Below are positions 37,209-42,945 of a stretch of 42,945 bases of DNA, in pieces. Below the pieces are notes generated by a model that worked only from the letters and a program-made list of their open reading frames with translations, did not search any database and was not told where the DNA came from. The position numbers and the translations under genes were made by a program. How positions within the stretch are numbered: position 1 is the first letter of the stretch; the number at the start of each line of letters is the position of its first letter. Source of the stretch: Myxococcota bacterium (lineage in GTDB: Bacteria; Myxococcota_C; UBA6777); assembly GCA_023150835.1 (NCBI GenBank), contig JAKLKB010000049.1:1-42945 (forward strand), given 5' to 3'.

Positions 37209-38174
37209 ATGACAGGTAGTCTTTTCCCTCATATCGAACCTTACCGACAAGAATTCTTGCCCGTCTCTTCCCTTCACACCCTCTACCTCGAAGAATGTGG
37301 AAACCCCAACGGGATCCCTGTCCTCTTCGTTCATGGCGGCCCGGGCGGTGGCACTTCACCGATCTGCCGCCGCTTTTTCGACCCCGAACGCTTCCGTATC
37401 ATCCTCTTCGATCAACGCGGATGCGGTCATAGCCTACCCCACGCCGAATTGCGCGAAAACACCACTTGGCACCTCGTCGAAGATATCGAAACCATCCGAC
37501 GCAAACTCCACATCGAACGCTGGCTGTTGTTTGGCGGAAGCTGGGGCTCCACCCTCTCCCTCGCTTATGCCATCTCTCACCCTGATCGCTGCTTGGGCCT
37601 GATCTTGCGCGGCATCTTTTTGTTGCGACCCCAAGAACTCGATTGGTTCTACGAAGGCGGCGCAAGCACCATCTTTCCCGATTATTGGGAAGACTTCCTC
37701 GCTCCCATCCCGCCCTCCGAACGCACAAGCCTGATCAAAGCCTATTATCGGCGCCTCACCGACGAAGACACCAATGTTCAACTCCATGCCGCCCGAACTT
37801 GGGCGCATTGGGAAGTCCGCACCAGCCGACTCTACATCCCCGCCGATTACCTTGGCCGCTTTGAAAACGCCCCCGAAGCCCTCGCCTTCTCTCGCATCGA
37901 ATGCCACTACTTCGTCAACGGTGGCTTCTTTGAAACCGACAATTGGTTGCTCGAAAACGTACACAAGATCCGCCACCTCCCCGCAGTCATCGTCCAAGGA
38001 CGCTATGATATCGTCTGCCCTGCCATCTCCGCATGGGATCTCCACCGCGCTTGGCCCGAAGCAGACTTCCACATCATCCCTTGCGCTGGGCACTCCATGA
38101 CAGAACCCGCCATTCAAGAAAAACTGCTCGAACAAGCCCATGCCTTCGGTGAAATGCTTTCCCCAGACTTCTAA
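37209..38174 (+). CDS. pip: Proline iminopeptidase
   Basis: HGGPGGG, FDQRGCG, GGSWGSTL, LRGIFL, QGRYDIVCP, AGHS. Confidence 0.96.
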   Translation: MTGSLFPHIEPYRQEFLPVSSLHTLYLEECGNPNGIPVLFVHGGPGGGTSPICRRFFDPERFRIILFDQRGCGHSLPHAELRENTTWHLVEDIETIRRKLHIERWLLFGGSWGSTLSLAYAISHPDRCLGLILRGIFLLRPQELDWFYEGGASTIFPDYWEDFLAPIPPSERTSLIKAYYRRLTDEDTNVQLHAARTWAHWEVRTSRLYIPADYLGRFENAPEALAFSRIECHYFVNGGFFETDNWLLENVHKIRHLPAVIVQGRYDIVCPAISAWDLHRAWPEADFHIIPCAGHSMTEPAIQEKLLEQAHAFGEMLSPDF

Positions 38175-38215
38175 ACCAATGCAGTCGATCTATGCCAAAC
38201 TGGCATCACCTCTTG

Positions 38216-38352
38216 GTTTTGTGGGGTGTCACCCCACACCCCACAAGGGAGCTTAGCCCCCTTGACCCCGTGAGGATACAGATCACAGGGTCTTCAAACC
38301 AGCAGATCTGTCGCTTGAACTTCCGTGAACACGGGAGTTTTCCAACAAGTAG
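38216..38352. repeat. Family B repeat copy
   Basis: gtggggtgtcaccccacaccccacaaggga...cccttgaccccgt...ttcaaac...gtcgcttgaa...gaacacggg. Confidence 0.85.
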
Positions 38353-38378
38353 CACTTCATTGACTCGGTAGCAACGAT

Positions 38379-38756
38379 ATGCCTTCAACAAGACGCGATA
38401 CCCTCACCTTTTCCCTCGCCTCCGCCCTCTTCGGACTTACGCTGCTCTGCAACTCTCCTCTCGCCTCTCCACCCAAACTCTCCAAACCCGCAACCTCTCG
38501 GCCTCTTTCCCCAACCTCTCACCCCACGCCCAAATCCACGCCCAAATCCACGCCCAAACCCACCCCCAAACCCACCCCCAAACCCACCCCCAAACCCGCT
38601 GCCGATTGCATCACAGGCAAAACCACCTCCCCCAACCAACCCCCCGAAGATTGCGACGATCCCGTCATCTTCCCCGAAGAGCCACCTACCTCCAAACCCA
38701 CCTCCAAACCCACGCCCAAACCCACGCCCAAACCCACGCCCAAACCCACCCCATAA
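38379..38756 (+). CDS. Small exported Pro/Thr/Lys-rich protein with (PTPK)n repeats around a two-Cys loop
   Basis: TRRDTL plus hydrophobic signal-like N-terminus; 12-bp repeats with synonymous variation (acg/acc); stop directly after the last repeat. Confidence 0.6.
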   Translation: MPSTRRDTLTFSLASALFGLTLLCNSPLASPPKLSKPATSRPLSPTSHPTPKSTPKSTPKPTPKPTPKPTPKPAADCITGKTTSPNQPPEDCDDPVIFPEEPPTSKPTSKPTPKPTPKPTPKPTP

Positions 38757-38758
38757 CT

Positions 38759-39031
38759 TCGGCGCGATCTCTTCACAAACCCCCGTGTTCGCGCCTGTTC
38801 AAGCGGCGCAGCCGTTGGTTTGAAACACGCTTGTTCGCTCCGCCGACACGGGGTCAAGGGGACGCAGTTCCCTTGTGGGGCGTGGGGTGACACCCCAAAA
38901 CATTGCTCCGACACTCATACGATATCCGAGCGACGTACACACAAAGGAGAGCACGTAGACGCCCGATTGTTGGGCAGCCACACCTGTCTGCCCCTACATC
39001 TTTGCAATAACGCAGCGGGCGGATTTCGTAC
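38759..39031. repeat. Adjacent family B (38759-38911, reverse) and family A (38917-39031) elements
   Basis: Same cores as other copies; atacgatatccg / cggatttcgtac TIR on the A copy. Confidence 0.88.
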
Positions 39032-39079
39032 CAACGCACACACCAGCATCACAGAACCCGTCCCAACAACCAAAAGCCC

Positions 39080-40144
39080 CTACCACGCGAGCCTTGCGGG
39101 GGGGGCGCAATGGATCTCCATCGTTTCGCAGGTGCGGGGATGTTGGAAGACCACCTGACAGGCATGAAGCGCATAACCGCCATCTCCCGGCAATGCGACG
39201 CGCCATTCTTCCGATACATCCGCACCTTTCGAGCCCCGAGACCCGTCGAACGCCCCCGCACCTCCCAGACCGCGCAGTTCTTCAATCATACCCGCAACTT
39301 CCGACCCCCGAGACTCTTCGATCGTACACGAACCTCCCAAACCACCGCTCTTTTCTGAGACGATCACCTTGCCGCCGACGCCGTAGAGCGGATCGCCAAG
39401 CAACGGAAACCCCATCACCGCCAAATGAATGCGGATCTGATGCGGACGCCCCGTTGCGATCGTCATCTCCACCAACGTTTCCCCTGCTCGCCGACCCAAC
39501 ACCCGCCCCTCGCTATAAGCATACGATCCCTGCGGATGTGCCGCGTAGATCTGCCCAAGTAGCGGATGCTCCACTTTGCCGATCGGCGCGTCCACCACAA
39601 ATTGCGCGGGCAGATCGCATTCTCCCACCAACGCCCGATACGACTTGCGCATCCCTTTGTGACCTGCGGTGCTTTGGCGCAACTGTTGGCTCAAACTCGC
39701 ACGCGCTTGCCCTGTACGCGCCAACAACAAGATCCCCGACGTTCCTCGTCCCAAACGATGCACAGGAATCGGCGGATCTTTCGGATAACGCTGTCGCATC
39801 TGCCACCACAAGGTATGCTGCAAAAATCCTCCCGCTGGCATCACGGGCAACCCCGACGGCTTCGCCACCACCAACACTTCCGCGTCTTCGTACAACACCT
39901 CTATATCGAGCGGAACAGCGGGTTCTTCCCACGGAGGCCGCGCATAACACAACGATTCTCCCGCACGCAACGCGTACGTCGGCGAAACAACCCGACCCTC
40001 CACCCGCACCTCCCCCGCAACGACACGCGCCTCCCACACCGACGCCTCCGAGTGCCGATAGCGTTTTGCATAATACGCCAGCACACTCCAACCCGCAAAA
40101 TCCCTCGGAACACGTTCTCGATACAACCAGCCTTGATTCAACAC
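39080..40144 (-). CDS. RluA/RluD-family RNA pseudouridine synthase
   Basis: KPSGLPVMP, VHRLGRGTSG, TGRPHQIRIHLA, PLLGDPLYG, YALHA; GTG start after ggagg; canonical HRLD appears as HRLG. Confidence 0.88.
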   Translation of the reverse strand: MLNQGWLYRERVPRDFAGWSVLAYYAKRYRHSEASVWEARVVAGEVRVEGRVVSPTYALRAGESLCYARPPWEEPAVPLDIEVLYEDAEVLVVAKPSGLPVMPAGGFLQHTLWWQMRQRYPKDPPIPVHRLGRGTSGILLLARTGQARASLSQQLRQSTAGHKGMRKSYRALVGECDLPAQFVVDAPIGKVEHPLLGQIYAAHPQGSYAYSEGRVLGRRAGETLVEMTIATGRPHQIRIHLAVMGFPLLGDPLYGVGGKVIVSEKSGGLGGSCTIEESRGSEVAGMIEELRGLGGAGAFDGSRGSKGADVSEEWRVALPGDGGYALHACQVVFQHPRTCETMEIHCAPPARLAW

Positions 40145-40360
40145 CTCGCGCCTCCGCAACCCATGCCCACACGCTCGAAAAAAACCTTCCACACAAAGCG
40201 ACTTCTCACCACAAAACAGCGAGGTTGTGCAACCCCCCACGATGGTGATAAAAACAACGCAAGCTCTCTTCGCAACCTGCCCGAACGAGGCCCCTATCTC
40301 GCCGTTCGAGAAGCCATTGCGAAACCAATCACGCCCCCTTAGTCACGGAGACATCGCCCC

Positions 40361-41758
40361 ATGCACACTCACCCCGCCAAGCCTCTCTTGCGCAATCTCT
40401 GGTCCGAAAGAGAGTCAACTCAAGGTGTCAAGCTCGCGACCGCCAAGCCTCTCTTGCGCAATCTCTGGCTCGCCGCAGTGTTGTGCAGCCTTATCGCTTG
40501 CCGCTCCAACGAAGTCAAAGACACGGGCGCACTTGCCCCGGGCGAACTCACCACTGCCGAAAAAGAAAGCAAGATCCCTCCTTGCCCCGAACTTGACCGC
40601 GCCATGTGCCACCTCTGGAGAGAGTGTCACCTCGATGACAAGGTGCGCTGCTTTCAGCTTGGCGCGCTCTACCTCACAGGCAAACGCACCCTACCCAACC
40701 CCCAACGCGCACGCACTTTCCTCAAAAAAGCTTGCGACATGAAAGAACCACGCGGCTGCTACGGCATGGGCGCACTCCTCGCCAAAGAACCCAAAACCTT
40801 CCAAGACGCCATCCAATACCTCACCCAAGCCTGTGAGATGGGAGAAGCCCAAGGATGCGCTGGCGCGGGCAACTTGCTCTTGCGACCCCCGCGCACCCCC
40901 AGTCGCCTCCAACAAGCCCGTGATATCCTCCAACAAGCCTGCACTCGCGGACAACACCTCTCTTGCACACCTCTCGGACACCTTTACGCAGACGCCCTCG
41001 GCGGCCTCCGCGATCTCCAAGCCTCCACCCGCGCCTTTCAACAAGCCTGCACCCAAGCACAACAACCCGATGCTTGTTTTTATCTTGCCGTCCACCATCA
41101 AAAAGGGCGCGGCACTCCACGCGATCCCGCCCAAGCCATCGCCCTTTACAAAACCATCTGCGACAAAGGCCACGCCAACGCTTGTCTCAACCTTGGCGTC
41201 ATGTACGCCCAAGGCGACGGCGCTCCCCAAAACAACGAAAACGCCTTCCTACTTTTCCGCCAAGCCTGTCAAAACAAACTCGTCCAAGGCTGCCTCAACA
41301 CAGGACTCGCCTATATGCGCGGCATCGGAACCCCCGTCCAATGGGAACAAGCCGCCCATCATCTTCGCCTTGGATGCACACAAAAAGACCCCCAAAGCTG
41401 CTTTCACCTCGCCAACGTCTATCTCAAATCCCCCTCCCTGCGCAACGACAACACAGGACACAAACACCTCAAACAAGCCTGCTTCTTGCGACACGTCCCC
41501 GCTTGCGAACAACTCAACCAACTCTACGAATTGCCCACCCTTGACGTCGAGGGCTACGAAGAATCCGCCTTCTTCTTTCGCAAATCCTGCACTCTCGGAC
41601 AACCCCGTAGCTGCTACGGTCTCGGCCTACTCAACAAATACGGGCGCGGCACCGACCCCAACTGCACCGAAGCACTCAAACTCTTTCGCCTCGCTTGTCG
41701 CAACGGCTTCTCCAAAGCCTGCAACGCCCAATGCACCAAGAAAAAAGACGATGAGTGA
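40361..41758 (+). CDS. Sel1-like repeat, cysteine-rich (Hcp-like) exported protein/lipoprotein
   Basis: About 9 repeats of AC..G...(G/A)C..LG..Y..G.G; hydrophobic segment ending LIAC; RBS ggaga. Confidence 0.88.
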   Translation: MHTHPAKPLLRNLWSERESTQGVKLATAKPLLRNLWLAAVLCSLIACRSNEVKDTGALAPGELTTAEKESKIPPCPELDRAMCHLWRECHLDDKVRCFQLGALYLTGKRTLPNPQRARTFLKKACDMKEPRGCYGMGALLAKEPKTFQDAIQYLTQACEMGEAQGCAGAGNLLLRPPRTPSRLQQARDILQQACTRGQHLSCTPLGHLYADALGGLRDLQASTRAFQQACTQAQQPDACFYLAVHHQKGRGTPRDPAQAIALYKTICDKGHANACLNLGVMYAQGDGAPQNNENAFLLFRQACQNKLVQGCLNTGLAYMRGIGTPVQWEQAAHHLRLGCTQKDPQSCFHLANVYLKSPSLRNDNTGHKHLKQACFLRHVPACEQLNQLYELPTLDVEGYEESAFFFRKSCTLGQPRSCYGLGLLNKYGRGTDPNCTEALKLFRLACRNGFSKACNAQCTKKKDDE

Positions 41759-41776
41759 CCCCTACGTTTTTCTTTG

Positions 41777-41895
41777 TTTTTGTGGGGTTCCACCCTGCAT
41801 CTTTTTGTGGGGTTCCACCCTGCATCTTTTTGTGGGGTTCCACCCTGCATCTTTTTGTGGGGTTCCACCCTGCATCTTTTTGTGGGGTTCCACCC
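41777..41895 (+). repeat. 25-bp perfect tandem repeat (tttttgtggggttccaccctgcatc) x4 plus a partial fifth
   Basis: Units start at 41777, 41802, 41827, 41852 and 41877; no spacers. Confidence 0.95.
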
Positions 41896-42020
41896 CAAAC
41901 CCCGCAAGGGACTCTCGCCCCTTGACCCCGTGTTGGCGGGGTGAACAAGCGTGTTTCAAACAAATAACACAGCCGCTTGAAGTGCTGCGAACACGGCTTT
42001 TTTTGGCAACTACGTAACTC
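41877..42020. repeat. Family B repeat copy
   Basis: gtggggttccaccccaaaccccgcaaggga...cccttgaccccgt...ttcaaac...gcgaacacggc...ggcaactacgtaactc. Confidence 0.85.
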
Positions 42021-42137
42021 AAAAGACTTTTTCGCGTGGAATACTTACACGCCGAAGGGCAGGAGGTTTCAGGAGAACATCGCTTTGAATGGTTCGCGGG
42101 ATGCGAAAGCAAAAGGCTTTTCCATCAAAGAACATCT

Positions 42138-42551
42138 TTATTTTTTCGGACTGATCTCGAACGTGTTTTGTGAACCAAAAAAGCAAACATCAAATTGTGT
42201 GAAAAAGTTCGTTTGACCAAGCAATACAGGTACTTGATCGCTAGATGTCCAAGCAAACGCAAGCTTGACAGAAGGAAAAGGAAGAATGATACAATCCAGA
42301 AGAACGCCAAATGCTTGTAAGCCTTTTAAGTTTCCAACAAGCGACGGAAGAGGGAAGGTTTGAGATTGCCAGTCCAAACCAAGTTGGAGACCGATGTGAT
42401 ATGGAAGAACGTTAAGTGTGCTTCCTGAATCAACAAGAGCAGACACATCGATGGAGCGATGTTCGCGAGAAAGAGTAAGAGGGAGATAAGGCATACCGAT
42501 TTGTAGGCCAACAGGAGGAGTGGTGTAATTTACTTTGCGTGAAGATGTCAT
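42138..42551 (-). CDS. Retropepsin-like single-domain aspartyl protease
   Basis: PYLPLTL, ALVDSGSTLNVLP catalytic motif, and VLLGQTNFF. Confidence 0.85.
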   Translation of the reverse strand: MTSSRKVNYTTPPVGLQIGMPYLPLTLSREHRSIDVSALVDSGSTLNVLPYHIGLQLGLDWQSQTFPLPSLVGNLKGLQAFGVLLDCIILPFPSVKLAFAWTSSDQVPVLLGQTNFFTQFDVCFFGSQNTFEISPKK

Positions 42552-42751
42552 ACTTGTTTTCCGAGTAAGTCTTGAAGTGCAAGAGCGGCTTCAAAAGCGT
42601 TTTGTTGGCTCCAATAACCTTGTTCTTTTTGTGAATCGATAGGAGGTGTTGTTTCTTCTTGTGCGAGATCGGCGATCAGTTGTTGAACCAATTGAAATTT
42701 TTCCCAACGAGACAAGTCTTTTACACTTTTATGAATCTCGATCAACGTCAT
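42548..42751 (-). CDS. 67-aa helical protein translationally coupled to the protease
   Basis: LSRWEKFQLVQQLIADLAQEE pattern; ATGA overlap with the protease start. Confidence 0.7.
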   Translation of the reverse strand: MTLIEIHKSVKDLSRWEKFQLVQQLIADLAQEETTPPIDSQKEQGYWSQQNAFEAALALQDLLGKQV

Positions 42752-42807
42752 CTTTTTTCTTCTTTCTGTACTGTTTTGTTTTGTTGGCTGCGTCCTAAAA
42801 CGAAACT

Positions 42808-42945
42808 GACTCTAACGGATTTTGTGTAAGGTGACAAAAGTAGAAAGAGAGGGTACCCTAGACCCTGCATACCCAAACAATGGGAGGTCTAGGATGTACC
42901 CTCAAGTGCAAGGTAAAACAATCGTGCTTCCTTTGGCAAGCCCCG
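42808..42945 (+). mobile_element. Probable left end of an insertion sequence with the start of its ORF (MYPQVQGKTIVLPLASP..., truncated by the window)
   Basis: IR-like gactctaacggattttgtgtaag, then a 16-bp hairpin (42849-42864 / 42886-42903) occluding RBS ggagg and ATG 42894; no transposase catalytic motif visible in the window. Confidence 0.45.

Noticed and set aside
41777-41895. CRISPR array (25-bp palindromic repeats)
   Set aside because: Units are directly adjacent with no spacers and no cas genes; it is a tandem amplification of a dispersed repeat end

Overview
Bacterial chromosomal window, moderately GC-rich. The gene repertoire and very long FtsK linker suggest a Myxococcota/deltaproteobacterium-like organism (inference). 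Housekeeping content: a FabG4-type reductase and FadI-type thiolase, a 1684-aa FtsK, and a complete histidine pathway split in two blocks. Block 1 is leader peptide/attenuator-hisG-hisC::HAD-hisB-hisH; block 2 is hisF-hisA::hisIE-[membrane SpeE-like]-hisD-DUF2179-lysA-like; about 7 kb of unrelated genes lies between them. Other genes encode a Suv3-like helicase, BASS transporter, aminotransferase, NUDIX-GNAT fusion, FGE-sulfatase-domain protein, YkgJ-like protein, HAD hydrolase, Pip, RluA-type synthase, Sel1-repeat protein and a retropepsin-like pair. A probable IS end sits at the right edge. The best candidate for an undescribed system is a compact operon at 8776-11732: a 595-aa radical SAM/SPASM enzyme with an unknown ~200-aa C-terminal domain, a 142-aa aromatic-rich protein ending in N10-G-N3-G-N2-G (candidate RiPP/PTM substrate), and a GIDE-like membrane protein, with a clan-CD-like His/Cys protein nearby. 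Also notable: an unannotated His-leader attenuator, a His-containing 19-aa bridging ORF between hisC and hisB, a LysA-like enzyme lacking canonical catalytic residues, two families of TIR-bracketed REP/MITE-like repeats in most intergenic spaces, and frequent short tandem duplications. No rRNA, tRNA or CRISPR array was recognised. All family assignments come from motif recognition by eye, not database searches.
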